Shown: positions 46,481-56,954, numbered from the stretch's first letter. The stretch: 64,000 nucleotides of DNA from Terrimicrobiaceae bacterium (GCA_041752695.1 JBGSVZ010000046.1:1-64000), one strand, 5' to 3'. Numbers and translations: made by a program. Notes: generated by a model from the sequence alone, not told the origin.

Positions 46481-47427
46481 TCGCACAGTTCGTTTTTCTC
46501 CTCCAAATCGTCGCGCCCATCTTTGTGGTGATGGCGGCGGGTTACGCCATGCGGAAAATCGGCATCCTCACCGCGGAGGCGGATCGATCGCTCACGCGGG
46601 TGGTTGTGATGCTCCTGGCCCCCTGCCTTGCCTTCGACATCATCGTCGGCAACGAGTCGCTGGCCAATCCCCGGAACTGGCTGCTGCCACCCATCTTGGG
46701 GTTTGCCACGGTGGTGCTCGGCGTGATCGTTTCGCGGCTGGCGGCAAGGCTTTTTCGCATTCCCGAAGGCACCGTGCGCCGGACTTTTGTTTATACCACA
46801 TCGCTGCAAAATTACGGCTACATTCCGATTCCCCTCTGCGCCGCCTTGTTCGACCGGGAGACAGCCGGGGTGCTTTTTGCGCTGTTTCTCGGAGTGGAAA
46901 TGGCCTTCTGGAGTATCGCGCTGTGGCAACTGACGGGACGCGCCGAAAAGGGGGGCTGGAAACGCATGATCAGTCCGCAGATGGTTGCCATTCCCCTGGC
47001 CCTGCTCCTCAACGCCCTGGGCGGGGCCCTGTGGATTCCCGCGGCGGTCGATACGACCTTTCACCTGCTGGGAGTCTGCGCAGTCCCGATGGCGCTGTTG
47101 CTCAGCGGGGCGCTGATTGCCGACCACCTGAACGCCGAGTCGCTGCGGAACGGGACAAAAACCATCGCGGTCTCCACCCTTGTCCGCATTGGCGTAGTGC
47201 CGATCGTGATTTTGCTCTTCGCGAAATTTGCCCCAATCGACCAGGCGCTTCAAGCGGTGCTGGTCCTGCAAGCGGCCATGCCGGCGGCCATTTTTCCCAT
47301 CGTCGTGACCAAGGCGCACGATGGGGATGTGCCCACTGCTCTCCAGGTTGTGATCGGGACCTCTCTGATCGGACTGGTGACCATTCCGCTTTGGCTCGGG
47401 TTTGGCCTGCACTGGGTGCTGGGGTAG
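46477..47427 (+). CDS. AEC family transporter
   Basis: NYGYIPIP, P.ALL..G, AAMP.A; ~10 TM. Confidence 0.88.
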   Translation: MIAQFVFLLQIVAPIFVVMAAGYAMRKIGILTAEADRSLTRVVVMLLAPCLAFDIIVGNESLANPRNWLLPPILGFATVVLGVIVSRLAARLFRIPEGTVRRTFVYTTSLQNYGYIPIPLCAALFDRETAGVLFALFLGVEMAFWSIALWQLTGRAEKGGWKRMISPQMVAIPLALLLNALGGALWIPAAVDTTFHLLGVCAVPMALLLSGALIADHLNAESLRNGTKTIAVSTLVRIGVVPIVILLFAKFAPIDQALQAVLVLQAAMPAAIFPIVVTKAHDGDVPTALQVVIGTSLIGLVTIPLWLGFGLHWVLG

Positions 47428-47521
47428 CCTCACAAAGGACGCCACCAGAAGTTGGATGCGCAACCCGGGCGGATCTGATATGTCCCAGCGGATGAATTGG
47501 ATTTTCTCCGCGGGCCCCCGG

Positions 47522-48205
47522 ATGCCTGCCCTCAAAATGGCGCTCACCACCACCGCCCTCGCCGGCCTCCTGCTGGCGGGAGGCTGCGGCAAAGCTCCGG
47601 AGCCCGTCACGGAAGCCGCCCCCTCACCTTCTCCCACGCCCACCTCGACCAAACCCTCCCTGGTCGTTCAGCCGCCGACCAATGCGCCTGCCACACCCCC
47701 GCCCGCCGCTCGCGTCGTTTACGTGGCGACGGCTTTCCAGGCGGTCAACAGCGATGGGACCCATGATTTTCCCGCCCGGGCCGCCGTGAACGTCGTGGCG
47801 GAGGAAGGGGAAGAATACGTCATCGAGTACCAAGGGATTTCCGTGCGGACGCCGAAGGCATTTTTCACCGAAACGCTCGTAGAGGAAGCCTCCCAGCCCG
47901 AGCCATCGCCCGTCGCCGCCGCGCCGACGCCGGACACGATTCCCCTTTCACCTGCGGCGGAAGTTCCCACCACGGCAACCGCAGAACCGCTTGCCACCCC
48001 CGATCCCGCCATGGCCACCGATGGAGCCAAAGCCACGGAACTGATTAACGAAATCAAAACTCTCAACGACGAAATTCGCACGGCCAGCGACAAGCTGGAG
48101 GTCGCCCCCGCGGCCGCAAAATCCGAGGACGCCGTCCGCCTTGAGAAGCTCAAAAAACGCCGCGATCGCTTGAGCGAAGACCTCACCGAAGTGGCGAAGC
48201 CGTAG
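47522..48205 (+). CDS. Hypothetical Pro-rich lipoprotein
   Basis: LLLAGGC lipobox-like, Pro/Thr linkers, C-terminal coiled coil; start uncertain. Confidence 0.6.
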   Translation: MPALKMALTTTALAGLLLAGGCGKAPEPVTEAAPSPSPTPTSTKPSLVVQPPTNAPATPPPAARVVYVATAFQAVNSDGTHDFPARAAVNVVAEEGEEYVIEYQGISVRTPKAFFTETLVEEASQPEPSPVAAAPTPDTIPLSPAAEVPTTATAEPLATPDPAMATDGAKATELINEIKTLNDEIRTASDKLEVAPAAAKSEDAVRLEKLKKRRDRLSEDLTEVAKP

Positions 48206-48220
48206 GAAAGTTGCCGGATT

Positions 48221-49975
48221 TCATTTCGCCTTCTGTTCCGCAATCCAGGCATCAACCCGTTCCTCCAGGACATCGAGCGGGAGCGCACCTTCGCTGAGAA
48301 GGAGATCGTGGAAAGCCCGTAGGGAAAAGGTGGACCCGAGCGTTTTCTCGGCACGGCGGCGAAGTTCGAGAATCTTGAGCTGTCCGATTTTGTACGAAAG
48401 CGCCTGACCGGGCCAGACCAAGTATCGGTCGACTTCGACCCCGATGTCGTGATCGCTTTTTGCGGTATGCTCGCGGAAATAAGCGACGGCCTGCTCCCGC
48501 GTCCATCCCATGGCGTGCAGCCCGGTATCCACCACAAGCCGCACCGCCCTCCACATTTCATAAGTCAGCCGGCCAAAATCCGCATACGGATCCTGATAAA
48601 ATCCCATTTCGGTTCCGAGGAACTCCGCGTAGAGAGCCCACCCTTCGACGAAGGCGGTATAGGACCGCTCCCTGAGAAGCTCGTGTTTTTCGTTCATTTC
48701 CTGGGCCAGGGCAATCTGCAGGTGATGTCCTGGCACGGCTTCGTGCAGCGCGAGGGCCTCCATCTCCCACTTGGGCCGGGTGTCGAGTTTGGACGTGTTC
48801 GCCACGAAATACCCGGGCCGGGCCGCGAGGAAGGAACCGCCCTCGTAGTAGGCGGTCGGCTTGGAGAGGGCCACGTAGTCGGGCACGGCTTTCACGCCGT
48901 AGGGCAGGCGGGGCAGTTTGCCAAAAAAGCGCGGCAGGGCGGCGTCCGCCCGTTTCCCAATATCCCGATACCCGGCGAGAAGATCCTCCGGTTTTTCGTA
49001 ATAGAATCGCGGGTCGGAACGGAGAAAATTCCCAAACGCCGCGAGGTCCCCCTGGAAGCCGATCTTGTCCTTCAGGGTCTGCATTTCCACGGTGATTCGG
49101 GCGACTTCGGTCACGCCGATTTCATGGATTTCCTGGGGCGTGAGTTTGGTCGTGGTCGAACCCCGCGCCGACAACGCATACCAGGCTTCGCCGTCGGGCA
49201 GGGCGGACATGCCGAGCGTTTCGCGGGCGCCGGGAATATAGGTCTCCTTCACAAAATCATGGAATTTTCTCAGCGCGGGCAGCACGGTTTCGCGCAGGGC
49301 CTGCACCGCCTTGTCCTGATAAACTCTCTTTTGATCTGGCGGAATTAGCGGCGTGTCTTTGCGGAAGGGAGCGAGGAGGGGACTTTCCAACGAATCCACC
49401 GCGAGAAGATTTTCGATCTGACCCGGCACCGCGCCCAGCGTGACACGCGGGGGAGTCACCCCTTTTTCCAATCCGCGGCGCAGCAGGGCAATGTTCTGGT
49501 CGATCACCACCGGCGTGGCGTTGAGCCGGGCCAGGGCCGCGTCAAGATCCTCCGGCTTTTCCGCCGGCACCACGTCCATCAGTTGAGTGATGCCTTCATG
49601 CACCCCGCCGAGCTGACTGAGGGCGAGCAGTTCGCCGGGGAATGGCCGTCCTTCGGCGTCCAGCTCATAATCGCGCACCAGCAGGCGATGGTCGAGTTTC
49701 GGGCCCGGGCTGAGATCCGCGGCGTCAATGGCTTGGAGTTCCTTGAGAAAAACATCCGACTGCGCCTCGCGCTTTGCGATGGCCGCGGCGGAACTGTCCG
49801 TCCAGCGATCCAGCCCCTCGCGACGGCCGAGCGAGGTGGCCCACTCGGGATATTGCTCCATGTTCCACCCCCAGATGCGGTCGAGGATTTTTTGAAACTG
49901 CCGATCGGCCGGGGTTTCGGCGTGCAGGGACGATACCAGCGCAAAAAAAGAACAGAGGGTGAGGAGACGCAACAT
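48221..49975 (-). CDS. DUF885 family protein (putative secreted metallopeptidase)
   Basis: Signal peptide; HEAVPGHH.Q, EGWALY.E, RA.RLVVDTG.H, PGQA.SY. Confidence 0.9.
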   Translation of the reverse strand: MLRLLTLCSFFALVSSLHAETPADRQFQKILDRIWGWNMEQYPEWATSLGRREGLDRWTDSSAAAIAKREAQSDVFLKELQAIDAADLSPGPKLDHRLLVRDYELDAEGRPFPGELLALSQLGGVHEGITQLMDVVPAEKPEDLDAALARLNATPVVIDQNIALLRRGLEKGVTPPRVTLGAVPGQIENLLAVDSLESPLLAPFRKDTPLIPPDQKRVYQDKAVQALRETVLPALRKFHDFVKETYIPGARETLGMSALPDGEAWYALSARGSTTTKLTPQEIHEIGVTEVARITVEMQTLKDKIGFQGDLAAFGNFLRSDPRFYYEKPEDLLAGYRDIGKRADAALPRFFGKLPRLPYGVKAVPDYVALSKPTAYYEGGSFLAARPGYFVANTSKLDTRPKWEMEALALHEAVPGHHLQIALAQEMNEKHELLRERSYTAFVEGWALYAEFLGTEMGFYQDPYADFGRLTYEMWRAVRLVVDTGLHAMGWTREQAVAYFREHTAKSDHDIGVEVDRYLVWPGQALSYKIGQLKILELRRRAEKTLGSTFSLRAFHDLLLSEGALPLDVLEERVDAWIAEQKAK

Positions 49976-50101
49976 GCCCTGCCAAACTCGCATCAGGAGC
50001 TTTTCCCGCAAGTCCCGAGACAGCCCGGGGACCGCGGGCGGCGCCGTGCCTTCGGTGGATAGGCGTTGTTTCGGGCCGCCGAGGGCGTGTAGGCTGCGCG
50101 G

Positions 50102-50986
50102 GTGAAAGTTCTTTCCAAGACCGACTGGCAGGAGCGGCGCGACCGGCACGCCGCTCGTGTTGGGCCCTGGATTGAGCCGCGGCTGAGGCGGACTTCGCTC
50201 GGCGAACACCACCCGGTGGAGGACTTTCTTTTCGAATATTACGCCTACCGTCCCGGCCAACTCCTCCGCTGGCATCCCGGACTCGGATTTGCCCTGGAGC
50301 ACGGCGGCGAATACCTTACCCACAAAGGCTACGCAGAAACGGAGCACGGTGCAGCCGCCCTGCCATCGACCCTTCCGGACAGTCGGCGGGAGAGCATCCG
50401 CTGGCTGCGCATGATGCTCGAACGCACCGAGGCACGTCCTCCCGCGTTGAGCTGTTTCGGCCTGCACGAATGGGCCATGATTTATCGGGCGGACACCGTC
50501 CGGCACGAAAAATGGCCGCTTCGCCTCACGCCAGATACCATCGCCCGCGTGGTCGAGGAACACGGACCGCGTTGCACCCACTACGATGCCCTGCGATTTT
50601 TCACGCCGACGGCCCGGCCCCTGAACAAATTCCAGCCCGGTCGGGACACCACCGCGGAGTTTGAACAACCCGGGTGCCTCCACGCCAACATGGATCTCTA
50701 TAAGTGGGCCTTCAAACTGTCCCCCTTCAGTTCCTCCGAACTGGTGGCCGATTGTTTTGCCCTGGCACGGGAAATCCGGGTGCTCGACATGCGGGCAAGT
50801 CCTTATGATTTTTCCGCCCTTGGCCTGGCTCCCGTGCGGATCGAAACGCCGGAAGGCCGCGCAGAGTACGAGACCGGCCAGCGGGAGTTCGCACGTCTCG
50901 CTGCGCCGCTGCGACGACGACTGGCCGATCTTTGCGGCAACATCCTTGCCGCCGCCCCCTTGCCCACGGAGACTGCTCCCGTATGA
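50102..50986 (+). CDS. Conserved protein of the family usually labelled 3-methyladenine DNA glycosylase-like
   Basis: HPVEDFLF.YY, CFGLHEWAM.Y, C.H.DA.RFF, EQPGCLHANMDLYKW, DMRASPYD. Confidence 0.75.
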   Translation: MKVLSKTDWQERRDRHAARVGPWIEPRLRRTSLGEHHPVEDFLFEYYAYRPGQLLRWHPGLGFALEHGGEYLTHKGYAETEHGAAALPSTLPDSRRESIRWLRMMLERTEARPPALSCFGLHEWAMIYRADTVRHEKWPLRLTPDTIARVVEEHGPRCTHYDALRFFTPTARPLNKFQPGRDTTAEFEQPGCLHANMDLYKWAFKLSPFSSSELVADCFALAREIRVLDMRASPYDFSALGLAPVRIETPEGRAEYETGQREFARLAAPLRRRLADLCGNILAAAPLPTETAPV

Positions 50987-52065
50987 CCATCCTTCCCGAA
51001 TATCGCACGTGGGCGGAGATTGATCTCTCGGCCATCCGTCACAACCTCGGGGTGGTGCGGGAAAAAATCGGCTCCACCCCGGGCATCGTCGCGGTGGTGA
51101 AGACCAATGCCTATGGCCACGGGATGCGGGAAGTCGCGGCCGCCATCGCCGACCAAGTCGCGCTTTTTGGCGTGACCAACATCGAGGAGGCGCGGGGGTT
51201 GGAGGGTTTGGGACACGATGTGATTTTGCTCAGCCCCTCGCTGCCCGCCGAGCATCGCGAGGTGATCGCACGCCACTGCATCGCCACGGTCTCGAGTGCG
51301 GCGGAGGCGGCGCAATACCCGGGCGGGCGGATCAATTTTAAAGTCGATACCGGGATGGGCCGCATCGGGTGTTGGCAGGATCATGCGCTCGACGAATTGC
51401 GCGCTCTGGTCGCCCTGCCAAATGTGGCCATCCACAGCATCTCCACCCACCTGCCTGTCCCGGACGAAGACGCAGGGTTCACCCTTTCCCAACTGGAAAA
51501 CTTCGCGGAACTCGCGCAAGCTTTCCGCAAGGTCGCGCCCGGCGCAAAACTTCACGCCTTGAACAGCGCGGGCATTCTGGGGTTTCCCGGCCACGCGCAT
51601 GATCTGGTGCGGCCGGGGCTGATGCTCTACGGCAGCGCCTATCCGTCGGATTACCAGCAACTCCTGAATCCGGCCCTGACCTGGAAAACTCGGGTGCTGC
51701 TCGTGCGCGACTTGGAACCCGGGCGGGGCGTGAGTTATGGCCGGACGTTCGTCACCCGGCGCCACAGCCGCATCGCTTCGCTGGCCGTGGGATATGGCGA
51801 TGGGTTTCCCCGCCAGGCCTCCAACCGCGGCGCTCATGTCCTGGTGGGAGGTGTCCGCTGTCCGGTGGTGGGCCGTGTGACGATGGATCAAATCCTCGCA
51901 GACGTGACCGAGGCCCCCTGGGCGGGCCCGGGGGAAGAGGCCGTGCTCATCGGACGGCAGGGCCGGGAAGAGATTTTCGCCCGGGAACTGGCCGACCACG
52001 CCGGGACAATCTCCTGGGATATTTTTACCGGCCTGGGGCCGCGGGTGAAGCGTCTGCATTTCTAG
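50983..52065 (+). CDS. alr: Alanine racemase
   Basis: VVKTNAYGHG PLP-Lys, KVDTGMGR.G, NSAG, VRPG..LYG, SYG, GYGDG, GRV.MDQ. Confidence 0.95.
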   Translation: MTILPEYRTWAEIDLSAIRHNLGVVREKIGSTPGIVAVVKTNAYGHGMREVAAAIADQVALFGVTNIEEARGLEGLGHDVILLSPSLPAEHREVIARHCIATVSSAAEAAQYPGGRINFKVDTGMGRIGCWQDHALDELRALVALPNVAIHSISTHLPVPDEDAGFTLSQLENFAELAQAFRKVAPGAKLHALNSAGILGFPGHAHDLVRPGLMLYGSAYPSDYQQLLNPALTWKTRVLLVRDLEPGRGVSYGRTFVTRRHSRIASLAVGYGDGFPRQASNRGAHVLVGGVRCPVVGRVTMDQILADVTEAPWAGPGEEAVLIGRQGREEIFARELADHAGTISWDIFTGLGPRVKRLHF

Positions 52066-52204
52066 AGCAAGTCATTGTTCCTGCTTGCGCGGCTACCGGA
52101 TTGCGCCCTCCATCCCAAAGGAAAACCGCGGACTCGCTCAAGGTGGAGTCTGGAAATCATCGGAAGACTCGACAGCCCGGGAAAGTCTTTCTAGTTTCCC
52201 CCGC

Positions 52205-52630
52205 ATGTCCTCTCCCCAACCCGAGAACCCCGATTTTACCCCGGAATCCGCCTCGCCGACCGATATCGCCCCGCTTGGGCGGTCGGGCCCCAAGCCCGGT
52301 CACGAAAAGACCGGCGTGGAGGATATGGACATGGCCAATTGGGATGCCATTGCCGCCGACGCGGATTTCAAAAAGCTCCTCAAGGCGAAAGCTGCGTTCA
52401 TCGTGCCGGCCACCATCTTTTTTGTGGTCTATTATTTCACCCTGCCGGTTCTGGTCGGATGGTTTCCGAAACTGATGGAAACCGAGGTTTTTGGAAAAGT
52501 GAACCTCGCCTACGCTTTCGCGCTGTCCCAATTCTTCATGGCCTGGATCCTCGCGTTTCTTTACGTGGCCGCCGCGGCCGGATGGGACCGTCAGGCCGCC
52601 GCCGTGCTGGCCAAATTTAACCGCAAATAA
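52205..52630 (+). CDS. DUF485 (YjcH-like) membrane protein
   Basis: F..L.K.K..F.VP, SQF...W.L...Y; precedes actP. Confidence 0.85.
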   Translation: MSSPQPENPDFTPESASPTDIAPLGRSGPKPGHEKTGVEDMDMANWDAIAADADFKKLLKAKAAFIVPATIFFVVYYFTLPVLVGWFPKLMETEVFGKVNLAYAFALSQFFMAWILAFLYVAAAAGWDRQAAAVLAKFNRK

Positions 52631-52632
52631 TC

Positions 52633-54225
52633 ATGTTCCCCCACTTCCTCGCGGCCGCCACCGAGCCTGCCAAGCAAAGCAACACGGCTCTTTTCATGTT
52701 CCTCGCCTTCGTGGCGGGGACGCTCGTCATCACGTATTTCAGCGCCCGGAAAAACACCGGATCCAGCGCCTACTTCGCCGCCGGCCGCCGCATCACCGGC
52801 TGGCAGAACGGTCTGGCCGTGGCCGGCGACTACATGAGCGCCGCCAGCTTCCTCGGCATTGCCGGCATGATTGCCCTCGATGGGTATGACGGGTTTATGT
52901 ACTCCGTCGGATTTCTCGTCGCTTATCTGACCGTACTTTTCATCGTCGCCGAACCTCTGCGCAATGCGGGCAAATATACCATGGCCGATGTCTTGGCCTA
53001 CCGGCTGAAACCGCGTCCCGTTCGCGCCATGGCCTCCCTCAGCACCCTGACGGTTTCCATCTTTTACATGATCGCTCAGATGGTCGGCGCGGGGGCGCTG
53101 GTCCAGTTGCTCATTCCCATTATCAGTTACGAACAGGCCGTCATTGGCGTCGGCATCCTGATGGTGGTTTATGTGGTGTTCGGCGGCATGCTGGCGACCA
53201 CGTGGGTGCAGATCATCAAGGCCGTGCTCCTGATGAGTGGCAGTCTTTTCCTCAGTGTACTCGTGATGGCTAAATTTAACTTCAGCTTCGGCGCCTTCTT
53301 CGAATCCCTCACCGCCATCACTTCGACGAACAAGGACGGCGTGGAAGTCACCCGCAACTTTCTCACCCCAGGGCTGATCTTCAAAAACCCGCTGGATCAG
53401 ATCTCCCTCGGCATGGCGCTCGTTTTCGGCACCGCCGGCTTGCCTCACATCCTGATTCGCTTTTACACCGTGCCCGATGCGAAGACCGCGCGTTCCAGCG
53501 TGGTCTGGGCGATGTTGATCATTGGTCTTTTTTACATCATGACGACCTTCTTCGGCTTTGGTGCGGCCAGCCTGATGGGCCCCGACTACATCAAAGCCCA
53601 CGGTGGGACCAACATGGCCGCTCCGGAACTGGCCCGCTTCCTCGGCGGTGAAGTGTTCTTCGCCTTCATCAGCGCCGTGGCCTTTGCCACCATCCTCGCG
53701 GTGGTCGCCGGATTGACGATCAGCGCCAGCACGAGCTTTGCCCACGATTTTTATTCCAACGTCCTGCACCATGGGAAAGAAAACCGTCCCGGCCAGGAGG
53801 TGCGTGTTGCCCGTATCACGGCCTTCGTCGTCGGCGCGGCCTCCATCGTCATCGCCATCATTCTGGGGCCAAAAATCAATGTGGCCTTCCTCGTCGGGCT
53901 GGCCTTTGCCGTGGCCGCCAGCGCGAATCTGCCGGTCATCATTTTCTCGATCTTCTGGAAACGCTTCAACACGGTGGGTGCGGTCACGGGCCTCAGCGTT
54001 GGTCTCGTTTCCAGCATCGTCCTCATCCTCATCGGGCCGGAAATCATGAAAGGGAATGCCATTTTCCCGCTGAAAAATCCCGCCCTCGTGAGCATCCCGC
54101 TCGGATTCCTCGGAGCCTTCATCGGCACCCTCTGCTCCCGCGAACCCAGCGCGGAAGCGATGTTCACCGAACTCGAAGTCCGCTCTAACACCGGCCTCGG
54201 GGCGGAAAAGGCGACGAGTCATTGA
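52633..54225 (+). CDS. actP: Cation/acetate symporter ActP (SSS family)
   Basis: NGLA.AGDYMSAASFLG, AEPLRN.GKYT, GTAGLPH.L.RFYTVP, AFATILAVVAGL. Confidence 0.93.
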   Translation: MFPHFLAAATEPAKQSNTALFMFLAFVAGTLVITYFSARKNTGSSAYFAAGRRITGWQNGLAVAGDYMSAASFLGIAGMIALDGYDGFMYSVGFLVAYLTVLFIVAEPLRNAGKYTMADVLAYRLKPRPVRAMASLSTLTVSIFYMIAQMVGAGALVQLLIPIISYEQAVIGVGILMVVYVVFGGMLATTWVQIIKAVLLMSGSLFLSVLVMAKFNFSFGAFFESLTAITSTNKDGVEVTRNFLTPGLIFKNPLDQISLGMALVFGTAGLPHILIRFYTVPDAKTARSSVVWAMLIIGLFYIMTTFFGFGAASLMGPDYIKAHGGTNMAAPELARFLGGEVFFAFISAVAFATILAVVAGLTISASTSFAHDFYSNVLHHGKENRPGQEVRVARITAFVVGAASIVIAIILGPKINVAFLVGLAFAVAASANLPVIIFSIFWKRFNTVGAVTGLSVGLVSSIVLILIGPEIMKGNAIFPLKNPALVSIPLGFLGAFIGTLCSREPSAEAMFTELEVRSNTGLGAEKATSH

Positions 54226-54231
54226 TTTTCC

Positions 54232-54480
54232 ATGCCGCGAATCGATATCCCGGGCAAATATCGGTTCAGCTTCGTCAGTTTCGATCTGACCGAACCGTGC
54301 CACGTCCCCGTGCGTGAAGGCACGCGCGGTGCAAAACTCTGGATCGCATCCATGGTCTTCGCCTGGAGTGATTTTAAACCTCACGAAAACGCGGAAATCT
54401 TGCGGATCGCAACCGAACACCTTACCTTGATCGAGGGAAGTTGGTTGGAGCATGAACGACGTGCGGGCAATCAAGATTGA
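54232..54480 (+). CDS. DUF4160 family protein
   Basis: MP.I....YRF.F.S.D..EP.HV.V, AK.W, W.EH. Confidence 0.72.
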   Translation: MPRIDIPGKYRFSFVSFDLTEPCHVPVREGTRGAKLWIASMVFAWSDFKPHENAEILRIATEHLTLIEGSWLEHERRAGNQD

Positions 54481-54706
54481 GTGCAACGAAGACGCCTTCA
54501 GCGTTTTGCTGAACGACGGGCGGACGCTCACCGTACCCTACATTTGCTTTCCGATCCTGGATGCGGCGTCTCCTTCCCAACGCGAATCGGTGGAGATCTA
54601 CGCCAATGGCCGCATGCTGCATTGGCCCAAATGCGACGAAGACATTGAAGTGGCTCACCTACTTTCGGGGAAGCTCCCTCGAAAACTTCACCTCGCCGTG
54701 ATGTGA
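54452..54706 (+). CDS. DUF2442 family protein
   Basis: L.DGRT..VP...FP.L..A...QR, LHWP..DED. Confidence 0.8.
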   Translation: MNDVRAIKIECNEDAFSVLLNDGRTLTVPYICFPILDAASPSQRESVEIYANGRMLHWPKCDEDIEVAHLLSGKLPRKLHLAVM

Positions 54707-54828
54707 GCGTGGCTCGGCGCGATGCTTCATTGATTTTCCCCACCCCCCGCGTATAGCTACGGACGGCCCAGCGGGCGGTCTTTCCCAGTTTTAGGGGAGG
54801 ATGCGCCGCTCGCGGGCGTGAATTGATT

Positions 54829-56166
54829 ATGTTTTCCAGACTTTCCGACAAACTTCAGGACGTTTTTAAAGACCTCCGCGGCCACGGCCGGATCAGCGAG
54901 CAAAACGTCACCGACGCGATGCGCGAGGTGCGCATGGCGCTGCTCGAGGCCGACGTTCATTTTCAGGTCGCCAAAGATTTTATCGCCCGGATCAAGGAAA
55001 AGGCCCTCGGCGAGGAAGTCCTGCGGAGCGTCACTCCCGGCCAGCAGATCGTCAAAATTTTCCAGGACGAACTCACCGCCCTCCTCGGCGGCGACGCCTC
55101 CCCGCTCAATCTCGACAAACCCGCCCGCATCCTCGTGGTCGGTCTCAACGGCGCCGGCAAAACCACCTCCTCGGCCAAGCTCGCCCGCTGGCTGAAAGGC
55201 CAGGGACGCACCCCCCTTCTGGTCGCCTGCGATTTGCACCGCCCCGCCGCCATCGCCCAGCTCGCCACCTTGGGAGAACAGGTCGGCGTCCCGGTTTTCC
55301 AACCCCAGGCCGGCGAGACGGATGTACTCCGCGTCGGAAAAGAAGCCTCCGCCTGGTGCGAGGCGCAAGGCGGCAACGTCCAGATTTACGACACGGCCGG
55401 ACGCCAGGAAATCGACGAACCCCTCGTGCAGGAACTCAAAAGGCTGAAGGAATACCTCCAGCCCCAGGAAGTCCTCCTTGTCTGCGACGCCGCCACCGGA
55501 CAGCAGGCCGTCAGCGTGGCGGAACATTTTCACAGCGCCCTCGGCCTCACCGGCATCATCCTGACCAAACTCGACGGCGACGCGCGCGGTGGTGCCGCTC
55601 TTTCCCTCCGGGAAGTTACGAAACAGCCGATCAAATTCGCCGGCGTCGGGGAAAAAATCGATCAATTCGAGCCCTTTTACCCCGACCGCCTGGCCGGGAG
55701 GATCCTCGGCATGGGTGACGTCGTCAGCCTGGTCGAGAAGGCCGCGGAGGCCATCACCGAGGACGATGCCCGCCGGATGGAGGAAAAATTGCGCACCTCC
55801 TCCTTCGATCTCGAAGACTTTCTCCACCAGTTCAAAATGCTCAAGCGAATGGGCCCCCTTGAAAATATCCTTGGCATGTTGCCCGGGATGGATAAATTAA
55901 AAGGTTCCTCGATTGACGAGGGTCAGCTCAAACGGGTGGAGGCGATTATTCTCTCCATGACACCAAAGGAGCGGAAGCGTCCGGATACACTGAACGCACG
56001 CCGCCGCCAACGGGTCGCCCGGGGGAGCGGCACCAGCGTCACCGAAGTAAACAACCTCCTCTTGCGCTTCTCCCAGATGCGCAAGATGATGAAAAACACG
56101 GGCAAGATGAAAAAGATGCTTGCCCAGGCGAGCCGGGCAGGAATCGGCATCCCTGGACTAAAATAG
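54829..56166 (+). CDS. ffh: Signal recognition particle protein
   Basis: LLEADV, GLNGAGKTT, DTAGR, TKLDGDARGGAALS, RILGMGD, M domain. Confidence 0.97.
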   Translation: MFSRLSDKLQDVFKDLRGHGRISEQNVTDAMREVRMALLEADVHFQVAKDFIARIKEKALGEEVLRSVTPGQQIVKIFQDELTALLGGDASPLNLDKPARILVVGLNGAGKTTSSAKLARWLKGQGRTPLLVACDLHRPAAIAQLATLGEQVGVPVFQPQAGETDVLRVGKEASAWCEAQGGNVQIYDTAGRQEIDEPLVQELKRLKEYLQPQEVLLVCDAATGQQAVSVAEHFHSALGLTGIILTKLDGDARGGAALSLREVTKQPIKFAGVGEKIDQFEPFYPDRLAGRILGMGDVVSLVEKAAEAITEDDARRMEEKLRTSSFDLEDFLHQFKMLKRMGPLENILGMLPGMDKLKGSSIDEGQLKRVEAIILSMTPKERKRPDTLNARRRQRVARGSGTSVTEVNNLLLRFSQMRKMMKNTGKMKKMLAQASRAGIGIPGLK

Positions 56167-56223
56167 AGCCCGATCCGAAACCAAGGGCCGCAACCAACCA
56201 AACAACTCTCAACTCAACTTAAC

Positions 56224-56484
56224 ATGGCAGTGGCAATTCGACTCCGTCGCGATGGCGCGCGGAATAATCCCTACTACAAGATTGTGGTCGCCGATCAGCG
56301 CAGCCCGCGTGACGGCAAATTCATCGAAATCATCGGGACCTACGACCCGAAGAAGAAAGACGAAAACTTCACCATCCAACTCGAACGCGCGGAATATTGG
56401 GTGGGCGTCGGTGCCCGTCCGTCCCAGACGGTCGGCAGCATCATCACCAAAGCGAAGAAAAAAGTCGCAGAAGTCGCGGCCTAA
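56224..56484 (+). CDS. rpsP: 30S ribosomal protein S16
   Basis: MAVAIRLRR.G, VVAD.RSPRDGKFIE, GA.PS.TV. Confidence 0.97.
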   Translation: MAVAIRLRRDGARNNPYYKIVVADQRSPRDGKFIEIIGTYDPKKKDENFTIQLERAEYWVGVGARPSQTVGSIITKAKKKVAEVAA

Positions 56485-56502
56485 GGCGCGCGCACGGTCC
56501 GC

Positions 56503-56733
56503 ATGGAGGAATTCCTGCGCTTCGTCATCGGCCAGCTCGTGGAGTTTCCGGAGGACATTGTCCTCACCAAAACGGAAACTGATGACCGCGTCGTCTTCCA
56601 TCTTGCCCTGCGCAAGACGGACATTCCAAAAATTATTGGCAAAAGCGGGCACACCATCCAAGCTCTGCGCACGCTTTTGAACGCCTCCGCCAGCAAGCGG
56701 GGGATGAAGGCGGGTCTGGAAATCATCGAATGA
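56503..56733 (+). CDS. khpA: KH-domain RNA-binding protein KhpA
   Basis: IIGKSG.TI.ALRTL; follows rpsP. Confidence 0.9.
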   Translation: MEEFLRFVIGQLVEFPEDIVLTKTETDDRVVFHLALRKTDIPKIIGKSGHTIQALRTLLNASASKRGMKAGLEIIE

Positions 56734-56921
56734 AACGCCTTTTCTTTATCTGCATCGCCGGCGGCCTTCTCTGCCTCGGCGGCATCGGTTGCGAACAGCA
56801 CTCTCCCGAGGAAACGATTCCGGGTTACGCGGAGAAAAAGCAGTCCGCCGAGGAGCAGACGGCGACCAAGGCCGAAGGGGCCAATCCCAACGCTCCTGCC
56901 TATTTTCCGCCCAAGGAATAA
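56730..56921 (+). CDS. Small hypothetical lipoprotein
   Basis: ATGA overlap with khpA; signal peptide ending GIGC. Confidence 0.6.
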   Translation: MKRLFFICIAGGLLCLGGIGCEQHSPEETIPGYAEKKQSAEEQTATKAEGANPNAPAYFPPKE

Positions 56922-56954
56922 GCGGCCTTTCGCGCGGGGCAGGATGGCAACGCC

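Noticed and set aside
52090..52104. GG-N10-GC motif upstream of DUF485-actP as a sigma-54 promoter
   Set aside because: The -24 element CGGCTA deviates strongly from TGGCAC.
54707..54828. Possible SRP RNA upstream of ffh
   Set aside because: No SRP helix-8 motif (GNRA loop with the conserved internal loop) recognised.
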